33,000 nucleotides of DNA from Glycera tridactyla (taxonomy: Eukaryota): contig OZ286474.1 in the NCBI GenBank assembly GCA_965644265.1, positions 38,967,001-39,000,000 of the forward strand, given 5' to 3'. A program made the position numbers and the translations under genes. The notes under the pieces were generated by a model, which saw only the letters and a list, made by a program, of their open reading frames with translations, was not told the DNA's origin and ran no database searches. Shown here one piece after another: positions 12,952 to 24,499 of this stretch; position 1 is the first letter of the stretch, and each line of letters opens with the position of its first letter.

Positions 12952-14595
12952 TATCTTACTTTCCATTCAAAACACAGATATGAAAATTACAAGTACCCAA
13001 GACAATAAACTGAGGGCATCATAAATGCCACTGATTGGTTTATGTCCTCATTTGCCAATAAATGAAGCCATTTAGAAGCTCATCAGCATCACCACTAGTG
13101 CGCTGCGAGTGAGCTGCTAGTGCACGGGATAAGCCAACCAATAATCTCTCAGCATTCATCAACCTTGACCTCAAAACATCCTTGAACTTGATCTGATTAT
13201 AAAATAGAACCCTCTGGGATAATTATAACATGAATTTATGACCTGTTTAATTGCTAACTTGTGATTACGTGATCAAATATCAATTGATATATATTGCATT
13301 TCAGCTAGTTAATCAATTCAATTCAGCTCTATATTCAGTCCATATTTAATAAATAGTCATGTCGATGTGCTACTCTTCTCCAAAAAACTGTCCCCCAAAA
13401 GGTAATGCTGATGGGAGAGAGCATATAGATATTATCCAGATCATCAAAGCTATCGGATTGAGGACATGTCAGTTAAAGAAGGTAGAACCTGCTATGACTA
13501 AATTTACATAGATACTGACCCCTGCTTCCCACTATCAAATACATTTCTATACCACTGCCAAACTAGCGATGAGGCAGCCTGGCGAGACATCATTTCTGAT
13601 GGGATTACTATTTTCGACAGAAGCTTTGAGAGACCGACTCTTTTGAGACTGCTTTCTGATGATATTTGGGAGAGTTTCTAGAATTGAAATAATAGCCAAC
13701 ATTCAGAAATGTCAACAATGGAAGAGAAGAGACAATTTGTAGACACGTTGAATTTTCAGACAGGTTGTATACTGTATAAAATACGGTGGCTGTCACCATT
13801 CAGGATGGTCTTAACAGTGGCCCTTGCGATAAGGAGGTCTAGGGCAGGTTTGACTGTGATTGCATTGTTATCATAAATATTATGATTGGGAAAACTAACA
13901 TTCTGTGTAATGTAGAATATATCACTGAAGGGTGGATGTGAAATGGGATCTACAGAAACAAAAACGATAATCATGTGTGAGGGTAAGCCATCTTGTCACG
14001 TAGGTGACACACTGGGCGACTCATGTGGCGAAGAGTACTACATTTTTATCACCGGTATCTCTGGGGAGAATTCAAAGCAGCTCCATTATCTCTTCATAAG
14101 GCCCGGGGCGAGTGATTCATAGTGCAAGCTCTTCACTTTGTTTCTCCTTTATGATGATGTACACAAGGATTGTGCGAAAACTGACAAAATGATTAGTGGA
14201 AGTGTATCATTTTATTACACTTTGTGATGTTTATGCCAAACAAAGCAATGCAAACGTGAGAATGCTTGCTCTGCGCCAAGATGAGGTGTATCGCGATGTC
14301 TTGCGTAGGTGACTCACTCATCAGTATCACTTCACTGACATTAGTAAAAATTGAGTGTACAATAGAGATTGCAGCTGGAGGCCATGACAAGAATTACCTC
14401 GTGTAACACTTTGAGTTGCAAACTATATTTCCACCGATGAGGGTATTGGAATGGATATTCAGATATCAGACTGGAATTGCTTTTTTCCCTGGAGATATGA
14501 CTGTCATTGAATTTTTTTCATGAGATTTTCTTGAGCCCCAAAGCCACAACAGTATGAACCGTGTACTAGTCTGAGAAGGAGCTGGAAAGTGTGTG

Positions 14596-14744
14596 NNNNN
14601 NNNNNNNNNNNNNNNNNNNNNNNNNNNNNNNNNNNNNNNNNNNNNNNNNNNNNNNNNNNNNNNNNNNNNNNNNNNNNNNNNNNNNNNNNNNNNNNNNNNN
14701 NNNNNNNNNNNNNNNNNNNNNNNNNNNNNNNNNNNNNNNNNNNN
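14596..14744. other. Assembly gap (149 N) flanked by (GT)n and (GA)n, close to the inferred junction of the two gene copies
   Basis: Run of N with microsatellite edges. Confidence 1.
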
Positions 14745-16510
14745 TTAGAGAGAGAGAATCATGACGAAGCAAGATCTTCACAGAACTCTCCGAAGCAAGA
14801 TCTGCACAGAACTCCCCAAATAAAGAGGATCATGTATGCTGTGTGTACCTAACAATGGCATATCTGATCATTCAACTCCCTCAAAGCTGACACTCCAGCC
14901 TGATCGCAATGCTTGCATTTGGAGCTAAGCGCAGTAGCATTAGGTTCGGAGACTCAACCAATGTGTGCCCAGATCACTGTTGAATGAGTTACAGACAGGC
15001 CAGCAACAAAAAGGACAAGATGGACTTGGTTGCTGGTGAAGACGCCTTCATCTCAGATTTGTCTGACAGTGATGAAACATGTACAGGAGATCACCATTAG
15101 TCAGGGTCAGTGGGGATCGAGCAATTTATGGCAGGCTGTCAAAATAGATCATATTCTGATTGAAGCCACCCAAAAAACTATCACCTACTCCTTATCAATT
15201 TTCCAGTGTTACTACACTTGATTGATATTTATAAGATCTACCACATGTCCAATACAGCAACAAATTCAAGTCAAATTAATTGATTTACACATGTTTATTA
15301 TTATTCAACTGGCATAATGAAGGGGAAATACTGAGAATATGAAGTCTAAATAATTCTACCAAAAAGCCATACACAGCTACTTCAGAATATTTATAAAGGG
15401 GCTGCGTATTTTCTACAGTTGATGATATGAGAAATACACTGATACTAGGTAGGATAAATCGTATCAAGTAGACATAAACAATGTGATTGGATCTCCACTG
15501 ATGCAAAAGGCATTGGCACAGAAATTCTCTCTCTAACGTCTCTGAATATGATCAAATTTTTCGAGAAAATGACCCCACGTCTTATAACAAGTTCATGCTT
15601 CCAGGCAGATATCAGCAACTTCTCATTTTTGAATTTTCATCCAATTTTTGGATTTTTGAATTTTCGAAAATGTAAAATGACAGGAAGATGGTGATGGAAG
15701 GTAGGCCTACTGCAGGATTTCTGATGGTGATAGATAGGTATGCAAACTACATATCTTATCCTGTCGTCATACAGCAGAAATCTGCATATTTCAGATAGAT
15801 TGTCATGTATAGAAGGTGTGAAATAGCCTCCAACATTCAAAACGAGCTCTGCAAGTCTCATGCTATTAATGCAAATCACGGAACATGCAGACCTGTGCTA
15901 TATACATGACAGGAATTCCAAAACTAATGGCCTACATGTATATAAATTGGACCAAGCTTGTTGTGGAATTGATGGATATTGTTGCCGTGGCAACCAGAAA
16001 TTTCCATTGTAGAAACTTCTATCAATACAAAGGTCTCTCAAGCAGGTCCAGGTGTATTTATCTTGAAAAAAAGCCAGTGGTTACAATCCCTCTATCTTTG
16101 GTAATTCTGCAGGCACCACCCACAATATTGTACAAAAAATATTGTTTGATGCAAGGTCCACATGGCGTGGAACAGTCATGTCACCAAGCATGGTTGCCTA
16201 ACACACAAATATATTTGCATAATGTGACAGATATGTGATTATGACAAAAAAGTCGTAAGAGCCTTCTATGTATGAATGAATAGCTTACAGTGGAGTTTGC
16301 TGACACCTGCCGACACCTCCCTGACACCTCTGTTCCATTTTCAGCATCATCTCAGCAGGAGGGAATACTTCCTGCCGATGCCACACCGATGCCACATCAT
16401 GGTATTTTTATACCCAGCTGATGTGCCAATGTCACATCCTACGTGACCAGCATCCCTCCTCATCCCATCTCAGAAAATCTCCACCATCTCAGTCTTCTGT
16501 GACTATCTTT

Positions 16511-16835
16511 TAGTGGTGTCACGATTATCAAGTGATTCCCGATTACTGATTGATTTTGGTGGCAATCGATTGCAGAGATGTGGAATCGATTTAATCAGAA
16601 CACAGTCAGCACATATATTTCGATGGAAAATCTAGCCTTTTTGATGAAAAAAAACCCCTAAACCCTAGGAGACTGCTCTGCATACACCTGTGTATATGTA
16701 TGATTCTGGACACAAAACATTGGTGAAATAAGGTAGTGGTTGTGGTATCAGAGTTGAAAACCAATCATAATCGATAATCAATCGGTTGGGCTAACCGATG
16801 ATCGATTCTCAAAATGCAACTGATTGCCAACACTA
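16511..16835. mobile_element. hAT-type MITE (325 bp)
   Basis: TAGTGGTGTCA / TGCCAACACTA TIR (9/11) with a perfect 8-bp TSD CTATCTTT (16503-16510 and 16836-16843); subterminal CGATT/AATCG repeats. Confidence 0.85.
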
Positions 16836-16984
16836 CTATCTTTTCTCCAATATCATCACAATTTCTCCCAACCACTTTATTTTGACTCCTTGCTTCACTG
16901 ATGCTCAACATTCATAGAAATACCCAAATTTGCACCAGTTGGTTTGGTGATTGATAATGGTATACAACAGACATACTTTACAGA

Positions 16985-17162
16985 AGGGATGAAAGTGCAC
17001 TAACTGAAATCTCATGAAACTGACCAAAATTCCTGAAACTACTGCCTATACTTCCAAAAGCACCGATTTGAAACTTTCAGGCCGATTCCAGAAACTTTTG
17101 GATTTTGAATTTTGTGACAAATCTCCTGAATTCAGGAAATTTCCTGAAAACTTGCATCACTG
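16985..17162. mobile_element. Probable hAT-like MITE; related fragment at about 25630-25730
   Basis: AGGGATGAAAGT ... ACTTGCATCACTG ends with imperfect TTACA flanks and CTGAAA-rich subterminal repeats. Confidence 0.5.
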
Positions 17163-17862
17163 TTACAAACACTGAAACTTCCCCCACCCCTGATATCAAT
17201 CACGCTGTGAAAATTCAATTACCATTTTGTTCAGTTCCAAGTAAGATGTCTTCAAGATGCATCACAATGGTCAGGTTAATAGCACTATTATTTTGTGGAA
17301 TGTATTTTGAGTGGTTGTGAGTGTGCATCTCGTCTCGCTGATACAAGATATCTCACTCAATATGAAGTGGAAAATTAATTTCAGTAAAAATGTCACAGTC
17401 CTAGATACAGAAGGGGGTCAAGATTCTTCTCTCTGCTCACAGAATTGGAATCAAGCATATCCATGATAGAATCACTGCCACTGCCACCACCACCGCTGAC
17501 TGTGCTGCCACCATCACCACCTTTCTGAGTAAACAGCATTAAATGCTGTCATCTGAGAGTGGCATCCCAATTCCATCTCCACCCCCCATAAAGAAAGAGT
17601 TTTTCCTCATTACATCGATGTTCGGTCGTCAGTGTATAAACTCAATGATTCTCATTCATCTGTCCGGAGGATCAGTGAAATTGAAAAAGTCACTGCTCCT
17701 CCCTGTATTTCACTGGTCCTCCAATTTTCATTTAGATACTTGAGTAATCACTGAAAATTGCGACTGCTGCAAGTGAATGCTACATGCTGGGCAACTTAGC
17801 TCTGACCTAGGCTGCAGGTGTCATGTTTCTACTGACCAAATCCCCTTCACTACAAGGTCATC

Positions 17863-18217
17863 TCAACTGTTTATCGAGGCAATAGAGACAAGAATACAAG
17901 GACACAATGCGGTATGCTGTCCTGCTGCTGCTATGTGATTCAGACTTTTACCCTCTTTGTCATGCTGGAGATAGTTTGGGTGACTCCATGAGACTCCAAT
18001 CCCTTCAGATTCCATGAAGGCATCCAATTTATAGGATGGGACACTTATAATTGTCCAGTCAAGAGGACCAGTGAATTGGCATGAATTCACAGGTCCTTTC
18101 TCTTGATTCAGTGAAGCAACTGACACATGAGTATTCTTGAAAATAGAGACAGGTAATGTCCCTACAACTATAGTGAAGAGATGTAGTTGACCGATTTCTG
18201 CGAGATATAATATATTT
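17863..18217 (-). pseudogene. Open exon remnant of copy 2 (NILYLAEIGQLH...SWSHPNYLQHDKEG)
   Basis: More than 110 open codons from a tttcag acceptor, with a possible gag g|gtaaaa donor near 17950. Homologous to the decayed 3009-3410 region. Confidence 0.55.
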
Positions 18218-18389
18218 CTGAAATGTGCCCCACATCTTCCTTTCAACAAACACATAATGAGATCCAGGTTCAATGGCGATGCATAACAGGGTGTCTATCT
18301 GAAATGTGATCCCCTTTCTTTACACAGACAATGTGGAGGGCTACACAGCACTGGCCGCCCACAGTATGGCAGGCTATTGACCCATACTC

Positions 18390-18710
18390 TCATATTTCCC
18401 TATTATTCCTAAATGTAATGGTGACATTAACACTATCATAGCCATAAACTGTCTCCTCGGTGTGTTTTCTCTGCTTGGGGCTATAAGCTGAGGGCATATA
18501 GGACAAACCCAAGATATACATGTCCAAATGAGAAGTATCCTTATCTTCTTTTGTGTCTTTACATCCCTAGATAACAATGAATTCCATTTTGTTTTGCCAT
18601 TTGCTGACAACCAGAATGCCACAAAATGCTCTCTCATACAAAAAGCAACCACTGTACTGAGCAGCTACCTGCCCTCAGCAGCCACTTTTGAATTTCCTAT
18701 CAAAGGCTTT
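18390..18710 (-). pseudogene. CUB-domain-like exon remnant
   Basis: This frame is not in the ORF track: C*GQVAAQYSGCF...FCGILVVSKWQNKMEFIVI*...HLDMYILG...YGYDSVNVTITFRNN. The motif order resembles the CUB consensus (CGG...SG.F / C.W.I.V...I.L.F / D.L.IYDG / S..N.L.V.F). Two stops; pattern match by eye only. Confidence 0.45.
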
Positions 18711-20581
18711 TGAACAATAATTCACCCTGTCCCCTCCCCCCCCCCCCCCATTGCAGCCACTTTTTGATATTTTGGTGCAAAAATGTATTCCGCTGCCTGC
18801 ATATCGAGGAGTTCATAGCACAAATGTTCAATGCAGGATTCAAACAGACCTAATCATAACAGAAGCCCACCTTTGATGGGCAAAAATAGTATCGATGCCA
18901 ATTTACAGGAGAAATGATGGCAGTATTTGCAATGGTCGAGGTCAAAGAGGTATGCAGGGATGCCAACCTCTGATAACCGAAATCAGTAATAATACACATT
19001 TTTAAGAGTATTGACGGCAGACTCTGCAATACTCAACCAAGAGGATTCTCAATTTTTTTGAAGTACTATTATGCGTAAAATGGCAAAATATTGTTGAAAA
19101 AGAGTGATCATTACTCCAAAATCATAATGGTTTGTATCTCCAAGGATGGATTTCTGCGCAAAAAATCGTAATGGCTGGCAACTCATAACTATATGGAAAA
19201 TGGGGATAATACTGGATGGAATGCGCTTCTTAGAAAATCTTATGGGAATCCACCCTATTTCATTACAAGCACTGATTGGACACGACCATAATCAGTATTC
19301 TACACATAAGAGCCAGGGGATCCTGGCTGGCTTTTCCCTCAGCTTTACACGGCAATTGATTTAGGCCGGAGATTACTGAGCCATGACTGAAAGCCACTCA
19401 CCACTGACTTCTCCAATCACCATGAACAATCAGATCTCACAAAAGTAGATCAAAGAGTATAGTAAGAAACCATGCCCGTGGAATATGCAAGTTATATTCA
19501 ACAAGGTGGGAGTCACGGCAGGATTTCACGAGGCCGAAGGCTTATGAGGGTGGGGTGCTAATTAGGGAGAATACGGTAACTGATTTTTCAGGATCTAATA
19601 TTTGAAATAATCATCATAAATTGCTCTTTTCTGTCATATTCATTGATTGTTGCACAGAATAATCACGAATATATGTTGGGGAACAGATTTCCAGGCAACT
19701 CAGGCATTTGAAAAAGAATCATCAATATGATTAGCAAGATTGCACCATGAGTTTGAATATGAATGGAGCATTTAACTCGTGTTCTTCGGAAAAGCCTCTT
19801 CATGGGGTAATTTTGTATACAAGAATAAATGAAGTTTTTCAATTCAATTCAAAATACTCAGTGGTGCAATGCATCTTATTCTATGCCAAATGGGCTCTAC
19901 ATTTCCTTGATGAATTTTCTCCTCGCCTGCTTGACATTTCCGATGTCCTTCCTGGTATTTGAATCATGCTTATGGATCCAGTCTACACCAAAAACTTTTA
20001 CAGTCCCTCTCTCCTTGGCAGAGATGGATGAAGAAACGCTCTTGCAAAATGTTTTCCACACTCCAAAATGTATCAAAGTAGATAAAAGCAAGCACAGGAC
20101 ACCAATAGATGTTCAAATAGTTTCATGAGCAATTGAGTGGAAAATTGGCAGTCAGCATGAACTATTGTTAGTGAAGACACCACTCACAGTGAATCAATCA
20201 CTTTCTCATCCGAAAGTACATTATATTGCATGAAAGATAGGATATCAGTGAAAGTATGGGTGTCACCCGAACATTCACGATCTTGACGGGGGAGTGAGAC
20301 TAGCCTTTTCCCTCCCCCCGAAATTAGTTTCACTCTGCCTGAGATTTGAGAGAGTGGCCAAATTCTAAGAATGTGGATCTTTTAATGATGAAGGTATATC
20401 AATAGAATTACCAGTCCTAATGCAGGTAATATGCCTATTTGTGCCAGTGGGCCATACAGCCCTAAAAGGTTGTCTAGTTGACATTTCAGTCACACATCTA
20501 TATGAATAACAATGACTGTTGAACCTACTGATGACATATCAGACTACAGTTGAACTTAAGCAACATGTTTGTTCATCCCAC

Positions 20582-20821
20582 CAGAGTAAAACCTGTCCTG
20601 AGCAGCCACTTTTGGGATTTCCCTCAGGTGGCGACTTAGAAGAGAGTTGTTCACTGTGACATGAGACCCGCTGATGAGACCACCTCCGATGGGAGACTGC
20701 ATTCTCAGGGCAGCTCTTGTATTTGACATAGTCAAATATACCTCCGCCAAGAGACCATCTCTTCTTAGAGACCACATTTTGATGACATTTGAGGCGGTCT
20801 CTTATCACAGGTTTCACTGTA
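20582..20821. mobile_element. CAGT-family MITE
   Basis: CAGAGTAAAACCTGT ... ACAGGTTTCACTG-TA; interior similar to 5292-5471, 5898-6068 and 24195-24429. Confidence 0.75.
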
Positions 20822-21007
20822 TTTGGCCAACATGGTGCCTCAATCTTTCATCACTCTCCATCAAGACACAATTCACTTTCTTATTGGCAGTTGTTCCTGG
20901 TGTAATTGAGAGAACTGTTAATAAAAACTACCCACATGATTGATTGAAAAACAACATCCTAGAGACAAATCGATCTGCTGAGAGGAAATTAAACGGACTT
21001 GACTAAC

Positions 21008-21682
21008 CATGTGGCTTGTTCTCTTGATGGAAAAAACTATGTAGAACCTCTGAGGAGGACAGATAAAAATTTCACATAATGTGGCACACTATGCATAAGC
21101 ACATTAGCTATTATAGTGACAATAACTTGTGGCAGCAACCTGAACATGGATACTGAGTCAATAAAGAATATTCTGGGCCAACAATTTTGAAACAGTATTG
21201 AGACACCAATTCTGGCTAGCATCAGAATTCCCAGCATATCAACATATTACCTACAGAATTCACGAATAGCCTGTCATTATTTAAATGTTCATCCAGATTC
21301 ATGTCGAAATTTTAGAGCATGATTTCTTATTTCTTCTCAAAGCATTTCAGGAGATATCTATTTCTTTAACTCAGTAATGTTTAGTCAACGGCCAACCACG
21401 AACCACATGGCTGATGAGAGTATCATACCATGACCTGTACCTGCCAAACACAATGATTTTAGAGTAAGGATTACTGTTCTTGATCCATGATTGTGGCATT
21501 CTACCTGTAACATCACTGCAAAGTATTCCATGATATTCTTGTTAAATCATCGCAGATACAAAGCAATCATACTGTATCCATCATGTCAAGTGTATAATCA
21601 CTTTGATTCACCTGTACTGAGCATGCACTTTTGCATCTCCCCCTGACCACATGTATAGGACATGTTTGAAAGTACGGCCATC
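21008..21682 (-). pseudogene. Decayed exon remnant A, paralog of 6850-7338 and distant internal repeat of 24500-25200
   Basis: ttttag acceptor and catg|gttagt donor. Frames MAVLSNMSYTCGQGEMQKCMLSTGESK* and ILCSDVTGRMPQSWIKNSNPYSKIIVFGRYRSWYDTLISHVVRGWPL, with several stops and frameshifts. A small 29-nt exon (21809-21837; ttttcag...gt|gtaagt) lies just upstream. Confidence 0.7.
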
Positions 21683-22379
21683 CTAAAAATTGATTGATTA
21701 ATTGATTGTTTGTGGTGCAATGGCATGTATCTACCCTGAGGATTATGCATGAGGTGTGTTCCTGGTCAATAAAAGCTGGATGTTCCATCCCCTGCAGGCA
21801 TCACTTACACAAATCTTGAACACAAGATGATGGGAACCTGAAAAGTTGTCAAGTGGAAGTAGCTAAGAGTTCAGACACACCTCTACCTACTCAACAATAA
21901 CATAAATCTTTTGGTGGGATCATGTAAGAGACTCTGTGGGTTTACCTTACTGTCAATGTCTTCATCTTGATCAGCAACATAAGCAGTATACATCAGTATA
22001 CATCATTATGGTAGATTACGGCAGATGATCCAACCGTGAGCTACTAATAGTATCCCACATCGGAGAGATGACAATGAGTGTGTACGCTGACAGACTTCTC
22101 TCCCAGCCTTCAGGGAGTCACAAGGGCGTAGCATCTCAAATTGTGTGGTGCACAATGATGTTACCCGATAAATATATTATCTTGTTTGTTGCCATGGCAA
22201 CAAGCAGTGTCTTCAAACTGGTTATCCGAATATGGTCGGATGATCAAACAAACTGATTTGCCTAATTTTGCATGATGCCTATGATTTTCCTGGTGATGCT
22301 GGGTGGATACAGAGACTCATTCAAGTTATATGTGTGGAGGCACCTTGTCATACACCTTGCATCAGATTACAGACTGAAG

Positions 22380-22638
22380 ATAGTCAAACCTGCTCGAGAC
22401 CCCACCTCTCCATTAAGGCAATCTGCCTATGAAGGCCACCCTGAGCAGCCACCGTGATAGCATTTTCAACAGGAAATGACTCCTCTATAAAGAGCACCTG
22501 CCTATAAAGACACCACCTAAAGGCAATCTGCCTATAAAGGCCACCCTGAGCAGCCACCGTGATAGCATTTTCAACAGTGAATGACCTCTCTATCAAGACC
22601 AACTGCCCATAAAGCCTCTATAGACAGGTTTAACTGTA
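22380..22638. mobile_element. CAGT-family MITE with an internal tandem duplication of about 105 bp
   Basis: TAGTCAAACCTG ... CAGGTTTAACTG-TA. The block aaggcaatctgcctat...gatagcattttcaacag occurs twice, at about 22415 and 22520. Related to 444-570. Confidence 0.75.
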
Positions 22639-23107
22639 CTTTTGATAACCATTGATTAGAACCAATCAGTGATCGGGAACATCCAACATTACCATAATTG
22701 TAATAGTAAATTTCTCCAGTCAATGCAAATCCACTTAGAAGCCCAAACTGCTGGTTTCTTCATTCGGACATACAGTAACCCAGAAAGGTCTTTTTTGTGA
22801 AGACACTAGCCGCGCGAGTCATCTCATCACCCAAGAGGAGGACAAAATCGAATTTTGACATGCCAAACTCCGTTGACCCAAAAAATGCTCCTGCTAATTT
22901 CTAGACTTAATCATGGCTGTATTGGCAATGATCAAGTGAGAGGATCTTGATTTGTTTCAGAATATGTCATGCCTGAAATTCTGGCTCAAAGAGAGGAATT
23001 ATTACTCCAGAACTGAAATGGTTAGTATCACTACTGTAAGTGATTTCAAACAATCATCGGCCAATGAGCCAGTCAATGCAATATCAGTCACAAATTCTCA
23101 GAATTTT

Positions 23108-23686
23108 CAGGGCGCGAAGAGATCGCCTCCGGAACGTCCCGGGCATGCTGAAATCACCGTCGGGCGGGTGGATTTCGAAGTTACACGTCTTTTTCGGGCG
23201 GGTTATTTTGGCCATATTTCAGTTGGATTGTATCTAAAAGTTGCAAAAACGAAGTTTATTCGTCAAATCCGCCAGCGAGTTTCGTCACTTTCGGAAGACC
23301 CAGCGCCATCTTTAACACTGGAGGTGATAAAGAACCGACACAGATATCTGTCGCCATCCCTGATTGGCCAATTTGCTGAAATCGCGGCAAAATCGACCAA
23401 TCAGCGAGCAGCTTTCAAGGGGCTCTCGTTGCGAGATGTCAACAATGTGCGTAGAAGACGATTTCCGAGAATCTGCGCAGGTTTCGGAACCACGAGGAAG
23501 CCGATCTTACGAATGAATTTATCATGTTTGAGGTGTCTTCCATGGCGATTAGACGTATATATCCGAGTGTTTCCTTGATTTCGGTGACATTTGTGTACGG
23601 ACGGGTTGTTTTGCGACGGGGGCGGGTGATATTTAACTTCACCCGCCCGTCGGGTGGGTGGATTTTCCCGATGTCTTCATGCCCTG
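23108..23686. mobile_element. CpG-rich 579-bp MITE carrying a promoter-like core
   Basis: TIR CAGGGCGCGAAGAGATCG vs CAGGGCATGAAGACATCG (15/18), flanked by direct ATTTT (23103-23107 and 23687-23691). Subterminal CGTCGGGYGGGTGGATTT repeats at 23158 and 23648. Confidence 0.75.
23304..23401. promoter_or_regulatory. Bidirectional-promoter-like motif cluster (CCAAT boxes and a YY1-like site)
   Basis: ATTGG at 23363-23367, CCAAT at 23368-23372 and CCAAT(CAG) at 23397-23401; AAGATGGCG on the minus strand at 23304-23312, all in a CpG-rich patch. Activity not shown. Confidence 0.4.
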
Positions 23687-23939
23687 ATTTTAGAGGCCAT
23701 TGGCTACTTTTTTCTTTCTTTTTTCAAAATATGATTGCCATTGGGTTAATTTGGTAGCCATTGATTACAGGTAGCAAGGTATAGCCCTGTATAATGGTCA
23801 CAGATTTCACTGAGTATTCCTAATCTACTTGATGTAATGTATGACCAGATGTCATCTGCTCGTAGGAAGCTGGGAGGTCATCTTCTTGTAACCAGACATC
23901 ACCACCAGTTGGGTCTCATCATGAAGGAACCATTCATCA

Positions 23940-24429
23940 TACAGTGAGATCTGCAATGAGAGACCACCCTATTGTCGCCAGACAGTAGTCTCCAAATGGA
24001 TAGTCTCATGTCGGATATACAGAGAAACCTGCAGCGAAAGACTGCCCTAAAGGTCACCAAAAAGCGGTCTTTCACCAGAGGTATATTTGACAATTTCAAA
24101 TAAAAAAGCTGTCTTGAAAAAGCGGTCTCCACTCGGAGGTGATCTCTTGTTGGAGGGTCTCTAATCGCAGGTTTTACTGTATCTTCAAAAATTAGAGGTG
24201 GTCTCTCAAGGATCCTTTTTTTGCAGGATTCACGGTGATGTAATACATGTGATGAGAGACCGTTCGACCAGAGACCACCTATGACTGAGACCACCTGCGA
24301 CTGAGACCACATTCTCAGGGCAGGTTTTCTTTTTGACAGTCAAATGTACCTCTGACAAGAGACCACCTCTTTTGAGAGTACACTATTTGATTACATTAAG
24401 GGCAATCTTCTGTCACAGCTTTCACTGTA
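23940..24429. mobile_element. Two adjacent CAGT-family MITEs (23940-24181 and about 24195-24429)
   Basis: TA-CAGTGAGATCTGC ... GCAGGTTTTACTG-TA, followed by a second GAGACCAC-rich unit ending TTTCACTG-TA. Confidence 0.7.
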
Positions 24430-24499
24430 CATTATTCAATTGTATCATTCAAACTGCGACAAGTTGAGAAATATGGAACAAAAGCATGATAAATTCACC

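Larger units (their letters stand above)
16..14390 (-). pseudogene. Copy 1 of a tandemly duplicated, decayed multi-exon gene (possibly a CUB/EGF modular extracellular protein); continues beyond the left edge
   Basis: Exon-like segments with GT/AG boundaries on the minus strand are collinear with segments about 14.2-14.9 kb downstream: 16-130 vs 14849-14968; 3080-3410 vs 17950-18217; 5470-5830 vs 19810-20125; 6850-7338 vs 21008-21682; 7415-7770 vs 21957-22350; 9870-10020 vs 24770-24920. Every frame has multiple stops or indels. Confidence 0.65.

Noticed and set aside
17863-18652. Resemblance to the FANCA C-terminus (QHTxLxP)
   Set aside because: Only a few residues match. The better frame at 18.4-18.7 kb and the repeated-exon architecture do not fit a single-copy FANCA gene.
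20040-20091. IHFGV resembling the SAMD9/AlbA_2 motif
   Set aside because: Five-residue match only, not conserved in the paralogous 5.7-5.8 kb segment.
21300-21500. IVFGRYRSW resembling a mononegavirus L-protein motif (endogenous virus)
   Set aside because: The following GHP is absent, and splice sites conserved between paralogs argue for a cellular gene.
22952-23578. Longest ORF in the track (208 aa, plus strand)
   Set aside because: Most of it lies inside the GC-rich MITE, where stops are rare. It crosses the TIR boundary and has no recognisable domain.
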